From Veleropilina oligotropha (Eukaryota), in the NCBI GenBank assembly GCA_048128005.1, contig JBEUKZ010000064.1, positions 62,001 to 126,000 of the forward strand: a DNA stretch of 64,000 nucleotides. The letters are read 5' to 3'. Under the pieces are notes generated by a model, which saw nothing but the letters and a program-made list of their open reading frames with translations, made no database searches and was not told the origin of the DNA. The position numbers were made by a program, and so were the translations under genes. Of the stretch, positions 1 through 13,675 are shown one piece after another (position 1 is the first letter of the stretch; every line of letters begins with the position of its first letter).

Positions 1-742
1 TCTTTCTGCGCGAACGTGCGATAGAGGGTTGTCAGTCATATGCTACACAGTCCCGAAAAGACGCATTTACGGGCAATAGTTGGCCAAGTACGTCGGGATA
101 TCAGTGTATTGAAATTTAAAGGCGCCTGACCTATAATATAGGCCTACGTACGCCGGGTCAGTCAGATATTTAATGCAAGCGGTCATACATGCATGTTTAT
201 ATAAATAGGAAATATTGCATGTCTACTGTGGCTTTGCTCGATGCTTTCCTCAGAATCGTCTAAAATAGTTGACGAAATAAATAGGCGCAAGGCTCTATTA
301 AATAATCGCCAGGTCTACGAACTTCGAATTATTTAGATTTACGTAGTGCGTACCAATCAACTTGTTGATTAATGTTTCATAGGCCTATATACTATGCGCC
401 CATAGTCTGCATTCATCTATCAAACTGTTTACTTCATAATGAAACCATTGTACAACAGTTTATTCGGTTACATCGGACCCGCGAAGCATAACGTGACCTC
501 GGTTTATGTTGTTCTGTGCACAATAGCAAAATCCGCCGCTTGTTCTGCTCTCGTTCACATGCGGTCTTTTGTTATAGTTATACAGTGCATTATGACGGCT
601 CTTGGCGCCGAGTATTGAGTGATCTGCATATATTGTAACCTACTTGATATAATGTGGAGGATTGAAATATAATAATTAATTGAAACTGCAGTAAAATATA
701 ATAAAATATAATAGTTGTTGATAACTGTTGACAACGCCCATT

Positions 743-754
743 TATTTGTTTACA
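743..754 (+). promoter_or_regulatory. Forkhead (FOXJ1-type) binding motif TATTTGTTTACA
   Basis: Core TGTTTAC at 747-753, about 140 bp upstream of the ATG. A second TGTTTAC lies at 426-432. Motif match only. Confidence 0.45.
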
Positions 755-802
755 CTTCCGCTTTACCTTTCGCACGCATGCGTTGTGACTTCAATGGCCC
801 AG

Positions 803-815
803 GTTCCGTGGCAAC
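803..815. promoter_or_regulatory. RFX X-box GTTCCGTGGCAAC
   Basis: Imperfect palindrome GTT..GGCAAC about 80 bp upstream of the ATG, a typical X-box position in ciliary genes. Confidence 0.6.
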
Positions 816-893
816 GGATACTAAAATAGTAGTATTAAAATTCAGAGATAAGTATACAATTATATATTATATGGAATAATTGTATAGCACAAC

Positions 894-958
894 ATGACAT
901 CGAAGCAAACAAAGAAAACTTCTTCTTCGAACAGAGTGAACTCTGCCACGCCGAGAGA
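894..958 (+). CDS. ADGB: Androglobin exon 1 (MTSKQTKKTSSSNRVNSATPR)
   Basis: Resembles the vertebrate ADGB N-terminus (MASKQTKKKEVHRINSA, recalled). Donor GA|GTAAGT; phase 2 matches exon 2. Confidence 0.88.
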
Positions 959-1391
959 GTAAGTCAGTTACTGCACCTGTCCGCGTGTAGTTTTCGTTGG
1001 TTACAATATGGCCGACTACATGTCATGATGGTTTTTAATAAATCATTATGCAAGCGTATACATTGCAGTTGGCTACGTATATATGTACCATTTTGAAAAT
1101 TCCAAGAATATTTGTTCCATAATTACAGATTGATGTGAGAATACAGCTTACATCATTAACTTAAATGTACTATATGTAGGCCTACTGCAGTCCTAATATA
1201 CTATGATTATACATGTATGTAGGCTAGTCAGATATGTTTTATGCATTAGCATGAGTCCGTCGTTATTTTGATTAAATAACAATGAAAAACAAGATTAAAG
1301 TTACATATTTATCAAAGAAAGCATCAATCCATCTTCCAAAATACCATAATTGTATCTTTCCTCAAGAGCAATTTTGAAGTATCTCCTTCAA

Positions 1392-4300
1392 ATCAAATCA
1401 AATCATTTATTTGCCATCGCACATTTAAATACAATAGAAAATATAGACATTAATATAAAAAAGTATAGACATATTATTGTATTTACAAAAATAATAAAAC
1501 TAAACATGAAATGTAATATGATGTAATGGCAGGGTGTCTCAGGAAACCCTTTCGGGCTTGTGAGGTAAAGACACCCTGATGTTGTATTATTGTTAATTAT
1601 TTCTTGTAGAAAATTGATAAAATTATAGATTAAATTAATAGATTTTGTATATTTTGGTAAATTTTCAAATAATGTTTTCGGTTAGTGAGGTTATGGCAAA
1701 GTTGTATATTGTCTTGAGTTGATTTTAAAACAGGAGATGGTATTTGCATTACGTAAAGTTAATTGCAATGTATTCCAAATTCGTGGTCCCTGTATTTTAA
1801 TTGAAAATAATCTTTTGTTAGTTCTGTAATATGGTATATAGCATTTTATTTATCCATATTGCGTGTGTTGTGTTGGTGTATTTGTGAATTGATTTGAAAA
1901 TAGTCATCGAAAGATGCTGGAAGTAATCCCTTATTGAAATGAATGTATACATGAATATACCAATTTGCATTAGATTGATATCATAAATTTTTAACTGTTT
2001 GTGCTGTGCAAATAATGGAGTGGCATGTTCCCTAAAAGGCGCATTTGAGATTATTCTAATTCCACGTTTTTGCAGTAAGTATAGTTTATTAAGGTGTGTT
2101 CTATAATTACTACCCCATACTATATTACATTATTCAATGTATGGTAGAACTAAACTATTATATAAGGTCGGTAATATGTATGAGGGTAAATGTTGCTTTG
2201 CTTTATATAATATACCTATATTTTTGGCCACCTTGCTTTCTATTTCGTGTAGGTGATGTTTCCACGATAGATCATCATCAACTACAACACCTAAAAATTT
2301 TGAATAACTGACTTGATTTATTTTGATATTGTCGATATTTATTGTAATTGTGATGTTCGATGGTTTTTGTACCTTATTACATAATATCATGAAATTAGTT
2401 TGGCTTATATTTAAAGTAAGTTTATTAACTTTAAACCATAAGTTCACCTTCGAAAGTTCTGCATTAATAACTGTTGTCAATATTTCTGGATTTTTGTGTG
2501 TAAAAAATAAGTTAGTGTCATCACGAAAACCGTATTGTTTATCATATAAAATATTTTTGTCATTGAGGTAGTTATGTAATCATTTGTAGGCTACTTTTTC
2601 AAATATTTTCGGGAATATCGGAAGTACCGATATTGGTCTGTAGTTGGCGAATAAGTTAGTGTCATCAGCAAATAAGATAAATTTTAGTAAAGATGATGAA
2701 TTTGCTAGATCGTTAACATAGATAATAAAAAGCAAGGGGCCAAGAATAGAGCCCTGTGGTACACCAATTTTTATGTTACTTAATGCTGATTTAGAGTTAT
2801 TTATTTGTACATATTGTTTACGGTTTGTTAGATAGTCAGCAAACCAGGCGAGTGGCAGACCTCGTATACCATAATGATTCAGTTTCTTTAGTAAAATTTT
2901 GTGATTTATAGTGTCCAAAGCCTTGGATAAGTCGATGAATATACCTATGGTTATTTCTTTGTTGTCAATTCCCTGTGAAATTTGATCGATTAGTTCGATA
3001 AGAGCCATTGATGTTGAATGATTTTCACGAAAACCGTATTGTTTATCATATAAAATATTTTTGTCATTGAGGTAGTTATGTAATCATTTGTAGGCTACTT
3101 TTTCAAATATTTTCGGGAATATCGGAAGTACCGATATTGGTCTGTAGTTGGCGAATAAGTTAGTGTCATCAGCAAATAAGATAAATTTTAGTAAAGATGA
3201 TGAATTTGCTAGATCGTTAACATAGATAATAAAAAGCAAGGGGCCAAGAATAGAGCCCTGTGGTACACCAATTTTTATGTTACTTAATGCTGATTTAGAG
3301 TTATTTATTTGTACATATTGTTTACGGTTTGTTAGATAGTCAGCAAACCAGGCGAGTGGCAGACCTCGTATACCATAATGATTCAGTTTCTTTAGTAAAA
3401 TTTTGTGATTTATAGTGTCCAAAGCCTTGGATAAGTCGATGAATATACCTATGGTTATTTCTTTGTTGTCAATTCCCTGTGAAATTTGATCGATTAGTTC
3501 GATAAGAGCCATTGATGTTGAATGATTTTCACGAAAACCGTATTGTTTATCATATAAAATATTTTTGTCATTGAGGTAGTTATGTAATCATTTGTAGGCT
3601 ACTTTTTCAAATATTTTCGGGAATATCGGAAGTACCGATATTGGTCTGTAGTTGGCGAATAAGTTAGTGTCATCAGCAAATAAGATAAATTTTAGTAAAG
3701 ATGATGAATTTGCTAGATCGTTAACATAGATAATAAAAAGCAAGGGGCCAAGAATAGAGCCCTGTGGTACACCAATTTTTATGTTACTTAATGCTGATTT
3801 AGAGTTATTTATTTGTACATATTGTTTACGGTTTGTTAGATAGTCAGCAAACCAGGCGAGTGGCAGACCTCGTATACCATAATGATTCAGTTTCTTTAGT
3901 AAAATTTTGTGATTTATAGTGTCCAAAGCCTTGGATAAGTCGATGAATATACCTATGGTTATTTCTTTGTTGTCAATTCCCTGTGAAATTTGATCGATTA
4001 GTTCGATAAGAGCCATTGATGTTGAATGATTTTCACGAAAACCGTATTGTTTATCATATAAAATATTTTTGTCATTGAGGTAGTTATGTAATCATTTGTA
4101 GGCTACTTTTTCAAATATTTTCGGGAATATCGGAAGTACCGATATTGGTCTGTAGTTGGCGAATAAGTTAGTGTCATCAGCAAATAAGATAAATTTTAGT
4201 AAAGATGATGAATTTGCTAGATCGTTAACATAGATAATAAAAAGCAAGGGGCCAAGAATAGAGCCCTGTGGTACACCAATTCTTATGTTACTTAATGCTG

Positions 4301-4767
4301 ATTTAGAGTTATTTATTTGTACATATTGTTTACGGTTTGTTAGATAGTCAGCAAACCAGGCGAGTGGCAGACCTCGTATACCATAATGATTCAGTTTCTT
4401 TAGTAAAATTTTGTGATTTATAGTGTCCAAAGCCTTGGATAAGTCGATGAATATACCTATGGTTATTTCTTTGTTGTCAATTCCCTGTGAAATTTGATCG
4501 ATTAGTTCGATAAGAGCCATTGATGTTGAATGATTTTCACGAAAACCGTATTGTTTATCATATAAAATATTTTTGTCATTGAGGTAGTTATGTAATCATT
4601 TGTAGGCTACTTTTTCAAATATTTTCGGGAATATCGGAAGTACCGATATTGGTCTGTAGTTGGCGAATTTTGCAGAATCATCCTTTTTGTAAATAGGTGT
4701 TATCTTGGCAATTTTTAACTTGTTAGGAAAATACCCGTGCAAAGAGAATTATTTATAATGGAAGTTA
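1392..4767 (-). mobile_element. 5'-truncated non-LTR retrotransposon (CR1/L2-group LINE), dead RT
   Basis: RT motifs [45 protein letters not shown]. 3' end is AATAAA plus (TTTGA)n on the minus strand. 3'UTR hairpin cagggtgtct..agacaccctg at about 1530-1578. 7-bp TSD CCTTCAA at 1385-1391 and 4768-4774. In-frame TGA after VAYK. Confidence 0.92.
2524..4668 (-). repeat. 504-bp tandem repeat of the LINE RT core (4 full copies plus a partial)
   Basis: ORFs at 2580, 3084, 3588 and 4092 are spaced exactly 504 bp apart and are identical except for one K/R change. Confidence 0.97.
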
Positions 4768-5196
4768 CCTTCAAGTGCCCGCAATCATGCAGTTGGCTGT
4801 CGTTTGCGTCAGTTAATTAGAGTGGATTTCCAGGCCATGTTCCTCCTGGGACCTCTATGCTGGACTCATCATCGTCATGTATGGAACGTCCGCCCACATC
4901 CCCCCACCTCCCACCCCTCTACCTGGGCTTTGAAGTCATCATGTATACACGAATAAGGGAGATTGTTTTGATATTGCTGAAACCACAAACAAATTTAGGC
5001 CATATTTGATTTACATGAAACTGGTTTTAGGTTTTGGTTTCGGTGGGTTTAAATTCCATTTCGAACGTCCTAAGATCTGCTTAATGGACCCGTTTAGTTG
5101 TGTTTTCGGTAAAAGTAATGCTGGCATAATATTAGTTTCTGTTGTCACACAAACACCGCTAGTTTCCGAAACTTTCTGTATGTTTAATTGTAAGGA

Positions 5197-5452
5197 CTAG
5201 CTATTGGTACCCGTTTTCGCCGGGCAAAGCCCCCCACCCCAATTTTTTTTTTTTTTTTTTGGATAGTGCTCCCTTAAATGTTTTTTTTTTTTCCCGAATT
5301 TTCCGAATTTTTTTCGTGGTAAACCTTCCTTGGGGGACCCCGATTAACCCCCCAAAGTTTGAAGGTCCTAGGTCAAGGCGTCTGGGAGGAGTTCAACTTG
5401 AAACACACACACACACACACACACATACAATTATAGCTCCATTATATTAAGA
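5197..5452 (-). mobile_element. Non-autonomous Helitron
   Basis: Minus strand reads A|TCTTAATATAAT...(TG)n...hairpin CCCGGCGAAAACGGG...CTAG|T. These are canonical 5'-TC and 3'-CTAG ends, inserted between A and T with no TSD. Confidence 0.8.
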
Positions 5453-5546
5453 TTATTTTTAAAATGGTATTTTTAATCTGGCGAAATATATACCACACAA
5501 CCATTTGACATTACTGAACTGGAATAAACTATTCACTGTTAAAGGA

Positions 5547-5751
5547 TGATGATGAATTGTTGTTTAACGATCACCCAAACAGATTTTCAGTTATAAATAG
5601 TGTCAATCAATTTTGAATGATGAAATGAAGAGGTGCTGTGTCCAATGGAGGCAGCGATCAATGGAAAAATCCCTGGCATTCCAGCGGGTTGAACCAGTGA
5701 CCTCCTGTTAGTAGACCAGCATCGTATCCACTTGGCCTTGCTGCCTCCACG
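5547..5751 (-). mobile_element. tRNA-derived SINE
   Basis: Minus strand has an A-box-like GGCCAAGTGG, B-box GGTTCAACCC and a (CAT)n tail. 11-bp TSD CTGTTAAAGGA at 5536-5546 and 5752-5762. Confidence 0.8.
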
Positions 5752-7113
5752 CTGTTAAAGGAATTGACCTTGCTGTCAGCCATACTGCTATTGGTGATGA
5801 TGGATGCAATGTGAGTATGTGAATTGAATGGTAGGTTTCATAAGAAACCGAAACCGCAAGCCTACGAAACTTGCTGAGAGGTTTCAGGATTTCGGGAAAA
5901 CAGTTTTTACCTGTTTTTTTACTTAAAAAATGTCAAATATGTTGTCGTAAAACTAAAACTGATTCACCCTCACCCCATCAACAGACACACCAGGACCGAC
6001 AAATTAATTAAAATTCAGATATTTTATTAACACGACCCTAAATGGATAACAACACTTAGGATAACCAGTACTCATATACATGTATATTAAGTAAAAATAC
6101 AGAGCACATTATATATTAGAATTTTCAACATATCGTAATTTTTGCTAACCATAACATTACAGACTACCCAGTCTTTGTGCTCCACACATGCACACACAAT
6201 ATTCTGGATTCAGAAACATTATTGCCATTTGTTTTTCATGAATATATCTTTCATTAATCCATATGAATATATAGCCACTTTGCATATTATAATTGTGACA
6301 TATTCTTTGTCACATATTCTTCAGCATATATATATTAAGGTTATAAGTTTCAGATATATATACGTGTTCTAAATTTAATAGGGACGAAGTTTCTTACATT
6401 TCCCATTCATTGTCCTGAACTCTCGTTACTCTCTTCATATCAACGTATTGAGCATCTTTTCATATAAATATGAAATTTCCCAATCAGTATATTAATAACT
6501 AATTTTGAGCAAATGTTTAACAGTTACATACCTGGATATCTGCGTATTCCACTGCTTGTTTTGACAGAGTTAGTTAATTTACTGTGCATTATGGGTAGTT
6601 TCACCATTTCTGATTGGTAGTTGCCCATTGACTACTCTTCAACACAGCTGGTAATTGTACAAAGCTGTGGTAATTGGTTGAATTTAGTTGTACAACAAAA
6701 CTGTTATGGGGCAATGCTTGAGTGACTATGAAGTCACTGGCCATGAAGCGTGTTGACACTGGTCACCCCAGAGAACCATAACAACCGGGAATACACCACA
6801 CCACCCATGAGCAGACAGGAAATGGAAAACATCCTATGTTAAACACATTATATGATATTAAGCTGAAAAGTTATAAAAAACATGCAGCTTTAATCATAAA
6901 ATATCACCAACACTCAATCTTAATTGAACTTGACTTACATTAACCATGATGCGATCCAGGTAAGGCATTTTATTAAGTATTTGAAATGTAACATTACATA
7001 GTATAATCTACTTATACCATTTTATTTTGACAATTTAATTTGTAAACTTTTTGTGCAAATTTAAATAAAGATATGTGTTACACTGTGTATAGAATTTTAT
7101 TTTGATTGTCCCT

Positions 7114-9075
7114 CCATTGGGGGAGATAGTACAGTGTAGGTTGTGTTGTATTCTGATTCCCTTCCCAGGGGTTTCAATAAGAAAACCAATAAGAGGGTAT
7201 TTATGTCTGACAGGCGGGTAATTTTTTGCCAATACATTATTTGCTACTATGAAAAACATTGTAACCTGAGAATGTCAGCAGGGTACACATTGGCTTACAG
7301 GCGGGTACAAATACCCGGTACCCGCCTATTAATGACACCCCTGCAGGCTTCCATTAGGGGAGATAGTACAGTGTAGGTTGTATTGTGTTTTGACTCCCTT
7401 CCTTTGGGGGAGATAGTACAGTGTAGGTTGTGTTGTATTCTGATTCCCTTCCATTGGGGGAGATAGTACAGTGTAGGTTGTGTTGTATTCTGATTCCCTA
7501 CCATTGGGGGAGATAGAACAGTGTAGGTTGTGTTGTATTCTGATTCCCTTCCATTGGGGGAGATAGTACAGTGTAGGTTGTGTTGTGTTCTGATTCCCTT
7601 CCATTGGGGGAGATAGTACAGTGTAGGTTGTGTTGTATTCTGATTCCCTACCATTGGGGGAGATAGAACAGTGTAGGTTGTGTTGTATTTTGATTCCCTT
7701 CCATTGGGGGAGATAGTACAGTGTAGGTTGTGTTGTATTCTGATTCCCTTCCATTGGGGGAGATAGTACAGTGTAGGTTGTGTTGTGTTCTGATTCCCTT
7801 CCATTGGGGGAGATAGTACAGTGTAGGTTGTGTTGTATTCTGATTCCCTACCATTGGGGGAGATAGAACAGTGTAGGTTGTGTTGTATTCTGATTCCCTT
7901 CCATTGAGGGAGATAGTACAGTGTAGGTTGTGTTGTATTCCGATTCCCTTCCATTGAGGGAGATAGTACAGTGTAGGTTGTGTTGTATTCTGATTCCCTT
8001 CCATTGGGGGAGATAGTACAGTGTAGGTTGTGTTGTATTCTGATTCCCTTCCATTGGGGGAGATAGTACAGTGTAGGTTGTGTTGTGTTCTGATTCCCTT
8101 CCATTGGGGGAGATAGTACAGTGTAGGTTGTGTTGTATTCCGATTCCCTTCCATTAGGAGAGATAGTACAGTGTAGGTTGTGTTGTATTATGATTCCCTT
8201 CCATTGGGGGAGATAGTACAGTGTAGGTTGTGTTGTATTCTGATTCTCTTCCATCGAGGGAGATAGAACAGTGTAGGTTGTGTTGTATTCTGATTCCCTT
8301 CCATTGGGGGAGATAGTACAGTGTAGGCTGTGTTGTATTCTGATTCCCTTCCATTGGGGGAGATAGTACAGTGTAGGTTGTGTTGTATTCTGATTCCCTA
8401 CCATTGGGGGAGATAGAACAGTGTAGGTTGTGTTGTATTCTGATTCCCTTCCATTGGGGGAGATAGTACAGTGTAGGTTGTGTTGTGATTCCCTTCCATT
8501 GGGGGAGATAGTACAGTGTAGGTTGTGTTGTATTCTGATTCCCCTCCATTAGGGGAGATAGTACAGTGTAGGTTGTGTTGTATTATGATTCCCTTCCATT
8601 GGGGGAGATAGTACAGTGTAGGTTGTGTTGTATTATGATTCCCTTCCATTGGGGAGATAGTACAGTGTAGGTTGTGTTGTATTATGATTCCCTTCCATTG
8701 GGGGAGATAGTACAGTGTAGGTTGTGTTGTGTTCTGAATCCCTTCCATTGGGGGAGATAGTACAGTGTAGGTTGTGTTGTATTATGATTCCCTTCCATTG
8801 GGGGAGATAGTACAGTGTAGGTTGTGTTGTATTCTGATTCCCTTCCATTGGGGGAGATAGTACAGTGTAGGCTGTGTTGTATTCTGATTCCCTACCATTA
8901 GGGGAGATAGTACAGTGTAGGTTGTGCTGTATTCTGATTCCCTTCCATCGAGGGAGATAGTACAGTGTAGGTTGTGTTGTGATTCCCTTCCATCGAGGGA
9001 GATAGTACAGTGTAGGTTGTGTTGTATTCTGATTCCCTTCCATTGGGGGAGATAGTACAGTGTAGGTTGTGTTGT
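7114..9075. repeat. 50-bp minisatellite (about 35 copies at 7351-9075, plus one detached copy at 7114-7165)
   Basis: Unit ccattgggggagatagtacagtgtaggttgtgttgtattctgattccctt. Confidence 0.97.
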
Positions 9076-9081
9076 TGTGAG

Positions 9082-9385
9082 GAATAATAATGTAATGATT
9101 TATCTATGCTTTCCCACACATACGAAATGCGTGCTCAAAGCGCTTACTTTATTATTCCCTGGTTATTGGCTTGTTCAATTCAATATTCCTTCTCAACTCT
9201 CTCTGAGAGTATTACGGTCAAGTACATGCCTTTTAGGCGCTTGACCAGTCATTCTGACATATTCTTCCACTGCCAACTAGATACCCATTTAGATCTCAGA
9301 GAGGCTGGGAGAACCGAGGCACATATAAATACTTAACTCCTTGCCAAGGGAAGTCGCCGGAATCGGGGTTGACCCCAATCCTCTC
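9082..9385 (-). mobile_element. Diverged CORE-type SINE with L2-like tail
   Basis: Colinear with the copy at 13751-14080 (ccctggttat, tctcaactc, tacccattta, accgaggca, ccttgcc). Confidence 0.65.
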
Positions 9386-11005
9386 GATCATTTCACATGA
9401 TTTATTGAAATCTGTTGATGGTGCCATGATGGTCTCCATCAGCATTGCACACGGCTTCTTTATCATTCAAAATTGATTGGCCTGATATATGCCTTAAATG
9501 TGGTTGGTGTGGTCATTTTAAAGACCACAAAGTGACCATGTTGTCCATTTGTTATTCCCTCTACATAGGTTTCATGATTGAGACGTTAATGATCTTGAGC
9601 TCGTATGACTGCCTCATGAAATGTTATCGTCTGTTGGTGATATCACCTGTCATTTTTATTGATGGTTGACATTGTCCTTTAAATATGTTAAGCCGGATGG
9701 ATGAATGTTGCTGGCTGATGCGCTCTTCATTGTAATTTCATCAGCGTATTGCGTTCTCATGTTGTTTGAGGAAGCAATAATGTATGGACAGATTTCAATC
9801 AATTCAAGGTGATTCTCTCATTGTGTTGTCATTCTCCTCAAAAACATTTTAATTGCATTTTGCATTATAATTTATTCAAGATCACTTAATTATTAAGATA
9901 ATGACATTTGTTTGTAAATTATTTTATTTTATTAAAAGATAATTCCCGTCATAAATACATTTTAAAGAATTTATATGCATGTACATGTACTCAAACATGA
10001 TTTTAAAATTTTAATATTTTCATTGATCAATTCTCGTACTTTAATGTTGTGATAAGATTTAGACTCTTAAAGTACCGGTACCGTAAATAACGTCAAAGTA
10101 GCTTTCATTATTTTTTTCAGGCTTTTTTAAGTTAATGTAAAATATCAATTTCTGTTGTATTTTATTATTTATAACAATATTAAACACTGGAAATAAAGTT
10201 CATGTTTATTATTAAAACAAATTATAGACCATGTAGGAAATAGGTTTTACTCCTATTTTACGTTACCTGTTACATTAATGCCATCAATTTGTAATGACTC
10301 ATTTGGGATTTTAGTTGTATTTAGATGAGATGGTGTATACTTTAAACGGTTTTAAATTGTGCTTTCAGTTTTATTGAACGTTATTATTTATGTGTAAAAT
10401 CTATGCATGTGATCTGTTAATTTTCATTCCTGACTGAATATATCCATTGCTCCCGTTGCCTCCATGATAAATGGACTCTGATTATTTGCCTAAAGGTTCT
10501 CAGCTGCGTGATTATGGAGCTAGTCATAATGCGTGTTGGAGGAACAAAAATGTCATATGACCAATCAATAGCAATCTCGCCAGTAATTATTGATATGGAA
10601 GAAAAGCATGGCTTTCTGTATTGATTTTTGGCTACCTGTCTCTGAGTAATATGCTAATTCACTACCTGTGTTTACCTATAAAAGCAGACGACGGCTAGGG
10701 AATAGCACTCGGGAGAAATGCACAGAGGCTGATGAAGATACTTTGAGGGAGCAGTGCTTCGTGATTTCTTTTGTCTGCCAAAAGACAATAAACACCTGAA
10801 TACATCAGGCCAACATGCTTTGGGCTAAAACGCCATGCCGTTGCACAGGTTCGTAGGTGGATCGTTCATAGCGAGTATTGTTATTTTATCATTACAGCGA
10901 CACGTGGGTGTAGCTGGGCGATGGTAACCCAGGTATCTCCTTGACCTGGTTAAGTGTGCCTTCCTTTGTCCCGCCACCTGTAACGCCATTTACTGTCTGT
11001 TGTAG

Positions 11006-11108
11006 GGCGGCATCCATAGCCACGAGCGCAGGCGGGCAGGACTCGAAGCGTCCGAGGTTCGCGATCTGGCCTGAATGGAATGATAATGATGTTAATGGCG
11101 AAAAATGG
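11006..11108 (+). CDS. ADGB: Androglobin exon 2 (AASIATSAGGQDSKRPRFAIWPEWNDNDVNGEKW)
   Basis: Acceptor tgttgtag| and donor |gtaagt. WPEW..D.N.EKW motif of ADGB. Phases 2/0. Confidence 0.93.
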
Positions 11109-12864
11109 GTAAGTCTCTGATGAAACGTATCTGGAAGGGATTTTCGTTTCTTTTCAATAACAATGAAAGTATGATTGCAGCTTGTATACAAATCTCTTTA
11201 ACACCTCAATTTTAAATTTCAAAATATTTTGGTAGATTTTAGTCATTTGGAAGAATTTCAATATTTATTCATATTTGTTCAATGTTTATTTCATTTAGTG
11301 GTGTACACTATTTTTGAAAGTTTCTTAATGACTGAAATTCTTAGCATTTTTATTAAATATATTTTAGTTTATAAATAAATACATTCACAATTAATAATAA
11401 GTCATATATTTAGTGCTGCTTTTCACATAATATTGCATAAATTTCAACCAATATTGGATGTCACAGGGCTCAGAGAAATACAAATTTAAAACCACTGGTC
11501 CAATGGGCCACCAGGAATTTTAAACATTGGTCAAATTTAAATTTGAGTAGTCATGAAGTAATGATCAATAGCCTACATATATTATATAGGCTATAATAAT
11601 AATAACTTTACAATGAACTAATGTGTGTGATAACAATTAATAGTAAGCGGGTATTGTGCATATCTCCAATTTTTACTGTTTTGAGACCAGTAAAACCGTG
11701 CTTATTTCAATCCTGCATGAATTCGCACAGGATGTGGATGGCGTTGAATTTCCATGTTTAAATGTCTGGTGACCTGTTCATTTACCTGCTTCCCGCTTCA
11801 GGTGTCCTCCCTGGGAGTAACTTGATCGTAATAATGCTTTGTAGCACTTTAGTCGTAGGTCATTTACATGGCGGGAACATTCCAGAAGATATTTATGAGA
11901 AGATCATCTTATTCAGCCCGATCGGATACAGGTCACTAGTAGTGACTACATACAGCGTCTATTGTACCAGACTGCTACCTCCAGATGGTATGCAGCGTGA
12001 TAATGAAATGGAGTTTAACTGAACTTATTTATGATCATTTACTAATGTATGTTAATTTAAAAATTAATTCAAATTTAATCAATGTCCATAGAATAAAATA
12101 TTTGAAGTTACTTGTGTAAATTTAAAAATTACGTCGCTGTATATTAATAAACTGTACTGTTAATGTAGATTATTTTAGTGGCGCTATTTTATATAATAAG
12201 TATTGGACTGATTCAATGAATTCAGTATTAAGATCTCACAAAAGTCTTACCAATCTTAAATTTGTATCAAAAACTGTAGGTTATTCAAAGTGTCTCATTT
12301 TGAGGAAATATTATAAATCTGATATCCACATATTTCTTTTAAAATCACTCAAGTTACTCATTTCTTCAGCACAACATACATAAAATTTAAATGATTGATT
12401 ATTATTATTAATTTATGTGTGCTGCAGTTTGTGTTGATTCTCGCTTGCTTTGTGAGGTTTCTCTTCATGGTATTCCGTCATCCTCCCCCTTCGTGACCTG
12501 CCGTCTCGCACGCTCTCCCATCCCTGATTGATTCCATGAGTCACGATGTAATCCAGGTGAACGTATCCCACCAAACCATTAAACCGAAAACTAATATCCT
12601 AAACGATCGGCTGTGTTGTGCGCGGTTGACTCGTAATGCAAAGTTCCTGTCGTTGCTTGGGGCTCTTCACTGCAGACAGCAAATGAGATGGAAACGTTAC
12701 CTTTGTCTGAAATCTCTGTGGACTGTCGGATGAAGATATCACTTATTTATAAATTGATGCTAATGATTATGTGATCTTTGGCAGGCACAGAGGCTATAAT
12801 CATATATGGACAGAGAGTAGTGATGCCAACAGAATGTTGCACCTTTGTTTGATGCGATGTTCAG

Positions 12865-12940
12865 TAATCTACGTCATAACGTGGATGATAATCTACGTCA
12901 TAACGTGGATGCTAATTTACGTTACAACGTGGATGCTAAT
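12865..12940. repeat. 24-bp tandem repeat x3
   Basis: Unit taatctacgtcataacgtggatga, with variants. Confidence 0.8.
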
Positions 12941-13675
12941 TGAAGGACTAACCTATGTAGCAAACCGGTTTTGATATATTACATCACTACCTTTGAGTTT
13001 GATAAATATATAATGTGGTTTTGTCAAAATGCCAACTGATTTGAAATTAGTTATTGCTTTATATCATTCTCAACGAGAAAACAGTGAATGATATCGAAAT
13101 ATAGGCTTATCGTTATTTAATACGTTTAATTTCCTGATCATAAATTGTTTTAAAAAATTTATTTATTTTGCTGAATTTGAATTATTCAATGGTTTTCCAA
13201 TAATTTGTTGGCATGTGTAAAGATGTTTCCTGATGTAGATATGAAAGCTATATTCTTAATGCTTAATTTGCATACAGTATATATTAATTACTTGATTTAA
13301 AACTGTATTGATGTCAATGCAAGATTACATGCTCTCATATTGCAACCGTTTTCAACTTATGAAGTGATTCCTGGCAAATGCCATATTACCATGCAAGTCG
13401 ATTGTGATCATGCTGCCCCATTCGTCTGTGGGCCATTGTTATTCATTAGATGATTACCTTCCGACTGCATCACAATGGTTGTTGATAGTCATGGGGTCAA
13501 GTGAACTTGTAGCACTCGTTACCACTATCGACAGCACATTCTGAGGGGTAGCGAACGAGCCAAGCATCATTGATATTCCCCATTAATGCAATAATCTCTG
13601 TTCATATCAATGAAATTTGCATTTTAATTTGACATTTATTTCTGCAGAAGTTCTTTTCAGTTTATTGATTATTGA

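Noticed and set aside
1..600. Divergent gene sharing the promoter
   Set aside because: No convincing ORF or splice signals on the minus strand within the window.
2580..4520. Cluster of functional RT genes, retron or DGR
   Set aside because: Fragments of one truncated LINE with a shared stop codon, no endonuclease, a LINE-type tail and a TSD.
5780..5810. Candidate micro-exon (gtcag|ccatact...gcaat|gtgagt) in intron 1
   Set aside because: At 31 nt it would break the frame. Exons 1 and 2 already join in phase 2.
7295..9119. Long minus-strand ORFs (up to 369 aa)
   Set aside because: Translation of a 50-bp minisatellite; the same peptides cycle through all frames.
10892..11191. 99-aa minus-strand ORF
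   Set aside because: Antisense shadow of ADGB exon 2. The ORFs at 48678-48941, 61034-61246 and 63528-63731 are likewise shadows of exons.
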